Below, piece after piece: positions 50,228-58,892 of a stretch of 64,000 bases of DNA. Under the pieces are notes generated by a model, which worked only from the letters and a program-made list of their open reading frames with translations, had not been told where the DNA came from and did no database searches. Within the stretch, counting starts at the first letter, position 1. The number at the start of each line of letters is the position of its first letter. The DNA lies in contig JBBIKC010000001.1 of assembly GCA_037445635.1 (NCBI GenBank), positions 211,595-275,594 of the forward strand, read 5' to 3'. The DNA is from Chloroflexota bacterium (GTDB taxonomy: Bacteria > Chloroflexota > Anaerolineae > Anaerolineales > Villigracilaceae). A program made the position numbers and the translations under genes.

Positions 50228-53200
50228 TAAAATTCACCGAATCCACCATCGAGCAAGCCGCCATAAACTGGCTCAAAGAACTGGGCTACGACTACGCCTT
50301 CGGTCCTGAGATCGCGTTCGATGGTGAACGCCCCGAACGCGCAGATTATCAGGAACCGCTCCTGCCTGGTCGTCTGCGGGACGCGCTCACACGCCTCAAC
50401 CCCGACCTTCCTCCTACCGCGCGCGAAGAAGCCTTTCGCCAACTGACGCGTCTCGGCAAGCCCTCGCTCTTGCTCAACAACCACGCCTTTCATCATCTGC
50501 TGGTCAACGGTATTGAAGTGGAATATAAGAAGGACGGACGCATGGTCAGCGGGCGGGCGGTTGTGGTGGATTTCGATAACCCCGATAACAACGACTGGCT
50601 GGTCGTCAATCAATATACTGTCACTGAAACCCTAAAGGTCTCCGAGACCTTTAGGGTTTCCAACAGGCGCCCCGACGTGGTGGTCTTCCTCAACGGTCTG
50701 CCGCTGGCGGTCATCGAACTCAAGAACGCCGCCGATGAAAAAGCGACCATCTGGTCGGCGTTCAATCAACTGCAAACCTACAAGCGCGACATCCCCGCCC
50801 TGTTCCACTACAACGAACTGCTCATTATCTCCGACGGCGTGAACGCCCGCATCGGCTCGCTCACCGCCAGCAAGGAATGGTTCCTGCCGTGGAAGACGAT
50901 TGAAGGCGAGACTCAAGCCCCCGCGTCGCTGAGTCAACTCGAAGTCCTGCTGCGAGGCGTGTTCGAGAAACGCCGCTTCCTCGACCTCATCCGCTACTTC
51001 ATCGTCTTCGAGCAGGAACGCGGCGCGCCCACCGTCAAAAAAATTGCGGGCTATCACCAATTCCACGCGGTCAATTACGCGGTGGCTGAAACCATCCGTG
51101 CATCGCATGTAGGACAAATTTCCAATTTGTCCATTGCCGAACTCAAAGGCGTGTACCGCGCCCAACCCATGAAAGGCGGCGAAACGGGCGACCGCCGCAT
51201 CGGCGTGATATGGCACACGCAGGGTTCGGGCAAAAGCCTGACGATGGCGTTTTATGCGGGGCGGCTGGTCCTTCATCCCGCCATGCAAAACCCCACCATC
51301 ATCGTCATCACCGACCGCAACGACCTCGACGACCAACTCTTCGGCACGTTCTCGCGCTGTTCCGAAATCCTGCGTCAAACGCCCGAACAGGCGACGAGCC
51401 GCGAAGACCTGCGGGAAAAACTTAAGGGGCGCATCGCGGGCGGCGTGTTCTTTACCACCATTCAAAAATTCCTTCCCCCCTCTCCCTTTGGGAGAGGGGC
51501 TGAGGGTGAGGGTCTCCCCTCTCCTTCCAGGAGAGGGGATGGAGGTGAGGTCCTCTCCGATCGCCACAACATCATCGTCATTGCGGATGAAGCGCACCGC
51601 AGTCAATACGACTTCATAGACGGCTACGCCCGAGCCATGCGCGATGCCCTTCCCAACGCCTCTTTCATCGGGTTTACTGGCACGCCCATCGAACAGGCGG
51701 ACGCCAACACCCGAGCCGTGTTCGGCGATTACATCAGCGTCTATGACATTCAGCAGGCGGTCGAAGACGGCGCGACGGTCAAAATCTATTACGAAGGTCG
51801 GCTCGCCAAACTGGAACTGGACGAAAAAGAGAAGCCGAAGATTGATCCTGAATTCGACGAGGTCACCGAAGGCGAAGAACTCGAAAAGAAGGAAAAACTC
51901 AAGAGCAAGTGGGCGGCGCTCGAAGCCGTGGTGGGGACCGAAAAGCGCGTGGGCTTGATTGCCAAAGACATCGTTGAGCATTTCGAGAAGCGCCTCGAAG
52001 CCCTGGACGGCAAGGCGATGGTCGTGTGCATGTCCCGCCGCATCTGCGTTGACCTATACAACGCCATCGTCAAACTCCGTCCCGATTGGCATTCAGAGGA
52101 TGACAAGCAGGGTGTCATCAAAATCGTGATGACGGGCAGCGCCTCTGACCCAACAGACTGGCAGGGACACATCCGCACCAAGAAAGCCCGTGAGGATTTA
52201 GCCCTGCGATTCAAAGACCCCGCTGACCCGTTCAAGATCGTCATCGTCCGCGACATGTGGCTGACGGGGTTCGATGTCCCGCCGCTGCACACCATGTACA
52301 TTGACAAGCCCATGCAGGGACACGGTCTCATGCAGGCGATTGCAAGAGTCAATCGGGTGTACCCCAACAAAGAGGGCGGTTTGATTGTGGACTATCTGGG
52401 TCTCGCGTATCACTTGCAGAAAGCCCTTGCGACCTACACCGAAGCGGGGCATCCCGCCGAAATCCCCGACCAGGAGCAGGCGGTTAATGAGTTGCTCAAA
52501 CGTTATGAGATTTGCAAAGGCTTATTACACGGTTTCGACTGGTCGAAATATTTCACAGGGACAGCGCAGGAAAGACTCAACGCGATTCCGCAGGCGATGG
52601 AACACATCCTCCAATTGCCAGACGGCAGAAAACGCTTTCTGGACGCCGTCCGCAGCATGTCGCTTGCCTTTGCGCTGGCGGTCCCTGATGAACGCGCCAT
52701 CGCCATCCGCGACGACGTGGGATTCTTTCAGGCAGTGCGCGCCGCTTTCATCAAGCATACGGTGGAGGGCGGAAAATCGGAAGAGGATTACGAACAGGCG
52801 ATTCGGCAAATCCTATCTCGTGCGGTCTCAGCAGGAGATCAAGTCATTGATATATTCGCCGCCGCGGGCTTGAAGAAACCCGAAATCTCCATTCTTTCGG
52901 ATGAATTTCTGACGGAGATGCGCGGGATGCCGCAAAAGAACCTTGCGATAGAACTGCTCCGCAAACTGCTCAACGACGAACTCAAATCGCGGATGAAGAA
53001 GAATGTGGTGCAGTCGCGCTCCTTCACCGAAATGCTCGAACGCACCATCCGCGCCTACCAAAACCGCACGCTTGAATCGGCGGAAGTCATTGCCGAACTC
53101 ATCAAACTCGCCGAAGAAATGCGAGAGGCACAGAAGCGCGGCGAAAAACTCAACCTGACGGAAGATGAGATTGCCTTCTACGACGCGCTCGAAGTCAACG

Positions 53201-53439
53201 ACAGCGCGGTGAAGGTATTGGGCGATGACACGCTCAAAGCCATCGCCCGCGAACTCGTGGAAACCGTTCGCAACAACGTTACGATTGACTGGACAGTACG
53301 CACATCTGTCCGCGCAAACTTGCGGCGCATGGTCAAGCGCATCCTGCGCAGGCATGGCTATCCGCCCGATAAACAGGAGAAAGCCACTCAAACTGTGCTG
53401 GAGCAGGCTGAGGTCATTGCGCGGGATTGGGCGGGATGA
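50224..53439 (+). CDS. hsdR: Type I R-M restriction/helicase subunit
   Basis: N-terminus [22 protein letters not shown]. Nuclease motif RRPD...VIELK. Helicase motifs [12 protein letters not shown] ([10 protein letters not shown]), GFTGTP and QAIARVNR. 1071 aa. Confidence 0.93.
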   Translation: MIKFTESTIEQAAINWLKELGYDYAFGPEIAFDGERPERADYQEPLLPGRLRDALTRLNPDLPPTAREEAFRQLTRLGKPSLLLNNHAFHHLLVNGIEVEYKKDGRMVSGRAVVVDFDNPDNNDWLVVNQYTVTETLKVSETFRVSNRRPDVVVFLNGLPLAVIELKNAADEKATIWSAFNQLQTYKRDIPALFHYNELLIISDGVNARIGSLTASKEWFLPWKTIEGETQAPASLSQLEVLLRGVFEKRRFLDLIRYFIVFEQERGAPTVKKIAGYHQFHAVNYAVAETIRASHVGQISNLSIAELKGVYRAQPMKGGETGDRRIGVIWHTQGSGKSLTMAFYAGRLVLHPAMQNPTIIVITDRNDLDDQLFGTFSRCSEILRQTPEQATSREDLREKLKGRIAGGVFFTTIQKFLPPSPFGRGAEGEGLPSPSRRGDGGEVLSDRHNIIVIADEAHRSQYDFIDGYARAMRDALPNASFIGFTGTPIEQADANTRAVFGDYISVYDIQQAVEDGATVKIYYEGRLAKLELDEKEKPKIDPEFDEVTEGEELEKKEKLKSKWAALEAVVGTEKRVGLIAKDIVEHFEKRLEALDGKAMVVCMSRRICVDLYNAIVKLRPDWHSEDDKQGVIKIVMTGSASDPTDWQGHIRTKKAREDLALRFKDPADPFKIVIVRDMWLTGFDVPPLHTMYIDKPMQGHGLMQAIARVNRVYPNKEGGLIVDYLGLAYHLQKALATYTEAGHPAEIPDQEQAVNELLKRYEICKGLLHGFDWSKYFTGTAQERLNAIPQAMEHILQLPDGRKRFLDAVRSMSLAFALAVPDERAIAIRDDVGFFQAVRAAFIKHTVEGGKSEEDYEQAIRQILSRAVSAGDQVIDIFAAAGLKKPEISILSDEFLTEMRGMPQKNLAIELLRKLLNDELKSRMKKNVVQSRSFTEMLERTIRAYQNRTLESAEVIAELIKLAEEMREAQKRGEKLNLTEDEIAFYDALEVNDSAVKVLGDDTLKAIARELVETVRNNVTIDWTVRTSVRANLRRMVKRILRRHGYPPDKQEKATQTVLEQAEVIARDWAG
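50626..50660. repeat. palindromic element in-frame in the hsdR nuclease domain
   Basis: GAAACCCTAAAGGTCT-CCG-AGACCTTTAGGGTTTC, translated as [12 protein letters not shown] immediately before RRPD. Near-identical to the terminator-like copy at 38737-38769. Confidence 0.88.
51470..51552 (+). repeat. two tandem nested palindromic elements in-frame in hsdR
   Basis: CCCCTCTCCC-TTT-GGGAGAGGGG, then CTGAGGGTGAGGGT, then CCCCTCTCC-TTCCA-GGAGAGGGG, then ATGGAGGTGAGGTC. Translated as [26 protein letters not shown], between TTIQKF and the DEAH box. Confidence 0.88.
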
Positions 53440-53444
53440 TTTTC

Positions 53445-53470
53445 AAGAGACAGCCTCGCGGCTGTCTCTT
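53445..53470 (+). terminator. hairpin after hsdR
   Basis: 11-bp stem AAGAGACAGCC/GGCTGTCTCTT with loop TCGC. The T-tract is weak. Confidence 0.5.
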
Positions 53471-53488
53471 GTCTTATAATGTCTCGCA

Positions 53489-54958
53489 ATGAACCTCGCC
53501 CGCGCGCTACGCGTCCTTCCCCAATTGCTCCCTTCGCGTACTTCGCCCCTTCGCGGTGAAGCAATCGCCCTCGTCGGCGCGGGCGGCAAGACCACTGCCC
53601 TCTTCCAACTCGCATGGCAATTCCAATCGCAAATCGAAAATCATCAATCGTCAATCGTTACCACCACCACCCACCTCGGCGCATGGCAGGTTGCACAGGC
53701 CGACCATCACCTCATCGTCACCGAAGACACTCCCCTGCCCGAACTCGACACACTTGAAGGCGTTATCCTCGTCACGGGCGCATTGGACGGCGACCGCTTC
53801 CCCTCCCCGCCGCGCCAGACCCTCGACCATCTGCGTGACCACTGCGCGGCGCGCGGCCTGTCCCTGCTCATCGAAGCCGACGGCGCGCGCGGACGTCCCC
53901 TCAAAGCGCCCGCCGCGCACGAGCCTGCCATCCCAGATTTTGTGGATACGGTCATCGTGGTCGCTGGCTTGAGTGGACTGGGAAAACCGCTGACCGACGA
54001 CTTCGTCCATCGCCCGCATCGCTTCTCGACCTTGAGCGGGCTGCCGCTTAACCAGCCGGTCACACCCGAGGCATTGACCCGCGTCCTGACTCACCCCGAT
54101 GGCGGACTCAAAAACATCCCGCCCGGCGCGCGCCGCGTGACCCTGCTCAACCAGGCCGACACACCCGAATTACAATCCATCGGCGGCAGGATGGCGAAGT
54201 CCCTGCTAAATGAATTCGATTCTGTCATTGTCTGCGCCCTTCAACCCTTCGACACAGCTCAGGGCAAGCCTTCCAACTTTCAAACTTTCGAACTGACAGC
54301 AGGCATCATCCTCGCCGCGGGCGCGTCCGAACGTTTTGGCCAGCCCAAGCAACTGCTCGACTGGCGCGGCCAGCCCTTCGTACGCGCTGTTGCACAGACT
54401 GCGCTGAACGCGGGACTCTCGCCCGTGATCGTCGTCACCGGCGCGTATGCAGACCAGGTCGAGGCCGCGCTCCGCGATCTGCCCGTGACCATCGTCCGCA
54501 ACGAGGGCTGGCAGGAAGGCCAGGCCTCTTCGATCCGCGCGGGGATAAGATCCCTCACCCTGCCCCTCCCCGTCCCTCCCATCCCCTCTCCCAGTGGGAG
54601 AGGGGATGGGAGGGTGCCCGAAGGGCGGGTGGGGAGGGGTGAGGTCGGTTCCGCCCTCTTCCTCCTCGCCGACCAGCCGCACATCCCCGTCAATGTGATT
54701 CAAGCGCTGACGGCACATCACAGCCGCGAGTTGTATCCCATCCTCGCGCCGCTGGTGATGATGGAACAGCGCGCCAACCCCGTGCTCTTCGACCGAGTCA
54801 CATTCCCCGATCTGCTCGCGCTGAGAGGCGATGTCGGCGGCCGCGCCCTCTTCTCGAAATATCCCGTCGAATACCTGCCCTGGCACGATGATCGTCTCCT
54901 GCTCGACGTGGACAAACCCGAAGATTATCAACGGCTGGTGGAAGATGAGACACTCTAA
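53489..54958 (+). CDS. YqeC-like P-loop accessory protein fused to a MocA-like molybdenum cofactor cytidylyltransferase domain
   Basis: N-terminal AIALVGAGGKTTALFQLA...SSIVTTTTHLG (YqeC family pattern). C-terminal half AGIILAAGASERFGQPKQLL...VIVVTG...LLADQP (MobA/MocA NTP-transferase). Confidence 0.78.
   Translation: MNLARALRVLPQLLPSRTSPLRGEAIALVGAGGKTTALFQLAWQFQSQIENHQSSIVTTTTHLGAWQVAQADHHLIVTEDTPLPELDTLEGVILVTGALDGDRFPSPPRQTLDHLRDHCAARGLSLLIEADGARGRPLKAPAAHEPAIPDFVDTVIVVAGLSGLGKPLTDDFVHRPHRFSTLSGLPLNQPVTPEALTRVLTHPDGGLKNIPPGARRVTLLNQADTPELQSIGGRMAKSLLNEFDSVIVCALQPFDTAQGKPSNFQTFELTAGIILAAGASERFGQPKQLLDWRGQPFVRAVAQTALNAGLSPVIVVTGAYADQVEAALRDLPVTIVRNEGWQEGQASSIRAGIRSLTLPLPVPPIPSPSGRGDGRVPEGRVGRGEVGSALFLLADQPHIPVNVIQALTAHHSRELYPILAPLVMMEQRANPVLFDRVTFPDLLALRGDVGGRALFSKYPVEYLPWHDDRLLLDVDKPEDYQRLVEDETL
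54551..54646 (+). repeat. long nested palindromic element in-frame in the MocA domain
   Basis: CCTCACCC..CCCTCCCAT-CCCCTCTCCC-AGT-GGGAGAGGGG-ATGGGAGGG..GGGGTGAGGTC, translated as LTLPLPVPPIPSPSGRGDGRVPEGRVGRGEV. Confidence 0.88.
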
Positions 54959-55105
54959 CCTCGCGCCGAGCACGGAGGGTCAAGTAGGCGGTGTGGCCTT
55001 GATACACAAAGAACGCTACTCGACCATCACCGCCGTATCAAGACCCGTAGATGAAGCGCGATAACAAGAATTCCGTTTGAGTCCTTCGTGGCTAATAGAG
55101 ACTCC

Positions 55106-55732
55106 ATGATTACCGCCGTCGTACTCGCCGCAGGCGAATCCAAACGCATGGGTCAGCCCAAGATGCTCCTGCCCTGGGGCGGAAGCACCGTGCTTGGTCA
55201 CGTCCTCACGGTGCTTCAAGCCGCCGAAGTGGACGACATCCTGGTCGTCACCGGCGGCGCGCGGGAGCAGGTGGAGGCCGTCGCCCGCGAACACAACGCG
55301 CGGACCGTCTTCAATGCAGATTACGCGCGGGGCGAGATGCTATCTTCCATTCAAATGGGTCTTCGCCTACTAATATCTCCCCTCTCCCCTTCAGGGAGAG
55401 GGGTCGGGGGTGAGGGTCAGGGTGAGGTCGACGCGGCCCTCCTCGTCCTCGGCGACCAGCCCCAGGTCCAGGAAGGAAGCGTGCGCGCTGTCCTCGCTGC
55501 GTATCGCAGGAGTCAATCCAATCTCATCGTCCCATCCTACCAAATGCGGCGCGGACATCCATGGCTGGCAGCGCGCCCGTTGTGGGATGAAATCCTGCAA
55601 ATGCAATTCCCTCAGACGCCGCGCGATTTTTTGAACAGGCACGCGGCCGAGATCGAATATGTCAACCTGGATACATCTACCATCCTCGCCGACCTCGACA
55701 CTCCCGAAGACTACTTGAAATCGCGGCTATAG
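55106..55732 (+). CDS. MocA-like molybdenum cofactor cytidylyltransferase (second copy)
   Basis: Contains ITAVVLAAGESKRMGQPKMLLPW, ILVVTGG and LVLGDQP. Start at ATG 55106. Confidence 0.8.
   Translation: MITAVVLAAGESKRMGQPKMLLPWGGSTVLGHVLTVLQAAEVDDILVVTGGAREQVEAVAREHNARTVFNADYARGEMLSSIQMGLRLLISPLSPSGRGVGGEGQGEVDAALLVLGDQPQVQEGSVRAVLAAYRRSQSNLIVPSYQMRRGHPWLAARPLWDEILQMQFPQTPRDFLNRHAAEIEYVNLDTSTILADLDTPEDYLKSRL
55377..55429 (+). repeat. nested palindromic element in-frame in the second MocA gene
   Basis: CCCCTCTCCC-CTTCA-GGGAGAGGGG-TCGGGGGTGAGGGTCAGGGTGAGGTC, translated as SPLSPSGRGVGGEGQGEV. It sits at the position homologous to the insert in the upstream MocA domain. Confidence 0.88.
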
Positions 55733-55770
55733 CGTGCTATTGTAGAATTGAGCCGTGAAAGGAGCCCGCC

Positions 55771-56061
55771 ATGTCGGACTGGGAACAGATTGCCGAGTAC
55801 ATCCACAACGCCATGCAGGCCGTGGAGCAGACGCACGAGGCGGGGCGTGAACTGCGGGAAAAGCCGAACCACACGAACTTCGATGCGTTTCGGACGCGGA
55901 TGGACGAACTGCACCAGCGGCTGACCACGCTGAAGGCCATGCTCGAACACGAGAACGTCGTCTTCCTCGACGAATTGGCCGACGCGTTGAGCAAAGCCTT
56001 CGGCGGCAAGCCCGCCGAATACCATCACATCGAACAATACGGCGAAAAGATCGAGCCGTGA
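55771..56061 (+). CDS. small helical hypothetical protein
   Basis: 96 aa, with GAAAGGAG upstream. No family recognised. Confidence 0.45.
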   Translation: MSDWEQIAEYIHNAMQAVEQTHEAGRELREKPNHTNFDAFRTRMDELHQRLTTLKAMLEHENVVFLDELADALSKAFGGKPAEYHHIEQYGEKIEP

Positions 56062-56093
56062 GGCAACCCGCCGCACTCCGATGATTTACAAAA

Positions 56094-56192
56094 GCCTTCG
56101 GGACGTTCTGGGTAACATCAGTCGGTAAATCACAGGTTTCGCTTTGGAGTCGGACGGCTTGCCGTCCAAAATTGCAGGAGCAAACTCCTGCA
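56094..56192 (+). repeat. dispersed structured repeat, copy 2
   Basis: GCCTTCGGGACGTTCTGGGTAACATCAGTCGGTAAATCACAGGTTTCGCTTTGGAGTCGGACGGCTTGCCGTCCAAAATTGCAGGAGCAAACTCCTGCA aligns with 22632-22725. Confidence 0.75.
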
Positions 56193-56340
56193 TTCCAAAA
56201 TCGTCATTTGACGAAGTTGGAAAATTTCAACAGCCGCCGGGCAAAGCCGGGAGGCTTCGCGCTCTGCATCTATTCTTGCGGGGATTTATGATAGACTCTG
56301 TCCAATCCTTCGGGAGGATTCTTGCGGGCAGGAGTCATTC

Positions 56341-57264
56341 GTGAAATATCTGATCATCGTCAACCCCATTTCGGGACGCGGTTACGCGGGGAAATCCATT
56401 CCGCTGATCGAGGACCTGATGCGCCGCCACAACCTGGACTTCGACCTGGTTCAGACCGAACGGCCGTGGCACGCGGCTGACATTGCCGAGCGCGCTGTGC
56501 GGGACGGCTACGCGGTCATCGTCACCGCCAGCGGAGATGGCACCGCCAACGAGGCCCTGAACGGGATTATGCGCGCAAAGAACGCGGGACACTATGACAC
56601 GGCCATGTCCATCCTGCCCGTCGGCACGGGCAACGACATGGCCTATGGCATGGGTCTGCGCGGCGGCCTCGAAGAGACTGTGCAGGCATTGGCAAAAAAT
56701 CATCGTAAGCGGATTGACATCGGCCTGGTCAAGGGCGGCGATTATCCCGAAGGCCGTTACTTCGCCAACGGCATCGGCATCGGGTTCGATGCGATGGTCG
56801 GGTTCGAGGCCATCAAAGTCCGCTGGACGCGCGGACTGCCGGCTTATCTCATCGGCGTCATCCGCACGGTGTTCTGGTATTTCAAAGCGCCGACGGTCGA
56901 GATGAAATTCAACGGCAAGACCATCGTCCAGCCGTCGCTGATGATTTCCGTGATGAACGGTCAGCGCATGGGCGGCGGGTTTTACATGGCTCCGGACGGC
57001 GACCCGGGCGACGGTCGCTTCGACTTGTGCATTGCCTCCGAGGCCAGCCGATTGCGCATCTTCGGGCTTATCCCTTACTTCCTGAAAGGCACCCAGCATA
57101 CTCAGCCCGAAGTGACGACGGGACAGACCGACGCGATCCGCATCAAGGCCGTCAAGGGCAGCCTGCCTGCGCACGCGGACGGTGAAATGCTCTGCGTGGA
57201 AGGACAGGAATTGCACGTAGAGTTGATTCCCTCCGCGCTGGAGTTCGTGACCATGGAGCAGTAG
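56341..57264 (+). CDS. diacylglycerol kinase-family lipid kinase (YegS/BmrU type)
   Basis: Contains IIVNPISGRG, ASGDGTANEALNG, LPVGTGNDMA and a C-terminal ADGE. GTG start. Confidence 0.86.
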   Translation: MKYLIIVNPISGRGYAGKSIPLIEDLMRRHNLDFDLVQTERPWHAADIAERAVRDGYAVIVTASGDGTANEALNGIMRAKNAGHYDTAMSILPVGTGNDMAYGMGLRGGLEETVQALAKNHRKRIDIGLVKGGDYPEGRYFANGIGIGFDAMVGFEAIKVRWTRGLPAYLIGVIRTVFWYFKAPTVEMKFNGKTIVQPSLMISVMNGQRMGGGFYMAPDGDPGDGRFDLCIASEASRLRIFGLIPYFLKGTQHTQPEVTTGQTDAIRIKAVKGSLPAHADGEMLCVEGQELHVELIPSALEFVTMEQ

Positions 57265-57301
57265 CGCGGGACAGCCGCTCCGCTCTACGCTCCCAGACCA
57301 T

Positions 57302-58054
57302 ATGAGTTTACTGCACTGGTTCGTCTACATCGTCATTAAGATCGGCCTGTCCATTCTCTGCCGCGTGGACGCGCTGGGGCTGGACAGAGTTCCCGCGCGC
57401 GGGCCGTTGATCGTCATCTCGAATCACACAGGGCAATTGGAAGTACCGCTGCTGTTCGCCTGGCTTCAGCCGCGTCCGCTTACAGGCTGGGCCAAGATCG
57501 AGACCTGGGACAACGCGTTCCTGCGCTGGCTGTTCGACCTGTGGAGCGTGATCCCCGTCCGCCGCGGCGAAGCGGATACGACCGCCCTGCGCGCCGCGCT
57601 GGAAAAGCTGGAGCAGGGATACATCTTTGGCGTCGCGCCCGAAGGCACGCGCAACAAGACGGGCATTCTCCGCCGCGCACACCCGGGCGCGGTCATGCTG
57701 GCCCTGCGGAGCGGCGCGCCCATCCTGCCCGTCGCGCACTGGGGCGGCGAGCATTTCGGCGCCAACCTGAGGCGCCTGCGCCGCACCGACTTCCACATCC
57801 GCGTGGGCAGGCAGTTTACGATCTCCACGAACGGGGAACGAATTACGCGCGAGGCACGTCAACAGATCGTGGACGAGATGATGTATCAACTAGCCGCGCT
57901 GCTGCCCGAACAGTATCGCGGCGCGTACAGCGACGCATCGAAGGTCACGACACAATTCCTGAAATTCAGCGTTCCTGTCATTGCGAGCGAAGCGAAGCAA
58001 TCTCCTCGCGGTGGCATCCCGCAAAAAGGAGAGGATCATGAATCCCCCCAATGA
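57302..58054 (+). CDS. plsC: 1-acyl-sn-glycerol-3-phosphate acyltransferase-family protein
   Basis: ISNHTGQLEVP (HX4D/E-like block), VAPEGTRN and GAPILPVA. The last ~25 codons are encoded by a repeat element and are probably not native. Confidence 0.8.
   Translation: MSLLHWFVYIVIKIGLSILCRVDALGLDRVPARGPLIVISNHTGQLEVPLLFAWLQPRPLTGWAKIETWDNAFLRWLFDLWSVIPVRRGEADTTALRAALEKLEQGYIFGVAPEGTRNKTGILRRAHPGAVMLALRSGAPILPVAHWGGEHFGANLRRLRRTDFHIRVGRQFTISTNGERITREARQQIVDEMMYQLAALLPEQYRGAYSDASKVTTQFLKFSVPVIASEAKQSPRGGIPQKGEDHESPQ
57977..58010 (+). repeat. half-copy of the GTCATTGCGAGCGAAGCGAAGCAATCTCC repeat family
   Basis: Read directly. It matches the left arm of the full element at 58929-59004 and forms the PlsC ORF tail (VIASEAKQSP). 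Confidence 0.85.
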
Positions 58055-58406
58055 TACCTATCATAAACTCGACCGCGCCGCGCTCTGGCTCCTGGTCGGA
58101 GAATTCAGCGGCGTGGCGCTCTTGTTAACCTTGATGCTGTTGATGATCATCGGCAATCTCATTTCGCCCTACGGGTTCGATTTCGGGTACAGAACAGGAG
58201 AGGCGATTGCCCTGCTCATCGCGTTTTCTTATGGGCTGGCATATCTCGCCAACCTGATCATTGGTGTCATCGGCGCAGTGCTCTACGTGCGCGAGAACCG
58301 CGAAGGCTACCCCGGCACGGGTCATTTGGTGAACTGGATTCTGGCGGCCACCACACTTTGGGTCGCCCTGTTCCTGCTTGCCATCTTCACGGCCAATGGG
58401 TTTTAA
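58038..58406 (+). CDS. small polytopic membrane protein, hypothetical
   Basis: 122 aa from ATG 58038 after AAAGGAGAGG. Three hydrophobic helices. Confidence 0.5.
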   Translation: MNPPNDTYHKLDRAALWLLVGEFSGVALLLTLMLLMIIGNLISPYGFDFGYRTGEAIALLIAFSYGLAYLANLIIGVIGAVLYVRENREGYPGTGHLVNWILAATTLWVALFLLAIFTANGF

Positions 58407-58424
58407 CGGAACGCAACGCCTCGC

Positions 58425-58856
58425 CTACTCGAACTTGTAATAGTACGCGTTCGTCTCCCGCCGCTTGAAGCCCATCTTATGATACAGCTTATTAGCCGCT
58501 TCGCGCCTCGGATTGGAGGTCAGCGAGACTCCCGCCGCGCCTCGTTGACGCGCGGCCTCCAGCGCGGCGCGCACCAGCGCTTCACCGATTCCCCGTCCGC
58601 GCGCCGACTCGTCCACGATCACGTCTTCGATGATGGCGCGGACCCCCGTGGGCACACGGTACACGGTCACAGCCGCCGCGCCGAGGATAGATCCGCCGTC
58701 CGCGCGGGCGACCACCAGCATCGTCGCCTCTGATTTAACGAGGGCAGACAAATCATCCCGCGAGGGAGGCGGGTTGTTGTTCGTCAACTGGGGAACGAGG
58801 CGCTGGAAGGCTTCGAACAGATCTTCCGTAAATTCATTTACCCTGTCAATGCGCAT
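58425..58856 (-). CDS. GNAT-family N-acetyltransferase
   Basis: The acetyl-CoA motif RGRGIGEALVRAALEAARQRGA plus NPRREAANKLYHKMGF. Confidence 0.85.
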   Translation of the reverse strand: MRIDRVNEFTEDLFEAFQRLVPQLTNNNPPPSRDDLSALVKSEATMLVVARADGGSILGAAAVTVYRVPTGVRAIIEDVIVDESARGRGIGEALVRAALEAARQRGAAGVSLTSNPRREAANKLYHKMGFKRRETNAYYYKFE

Positions 58857-58892
58857 TGGCGGTCAGGCTCCTCGAGATATTTTCCGTAAGGT

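Noticed and set aside
50632-51981. 449-aa minus-strand ORF
   Set aside because: It is antisense to hsdR helicase motifs and is an artefact of GC-rich codon usage.
46603-55429. Possibility that the recurring CCCCTCTCC..GGAGAGGGG palindromes form a CRISPR array
   Set aside because: Copies are hundreds to thousands of bp apart, irregularly spaced and embedded in intact genes. They are individually self-complementary rather than direct repeats with unique spacers. No cas genes are present.
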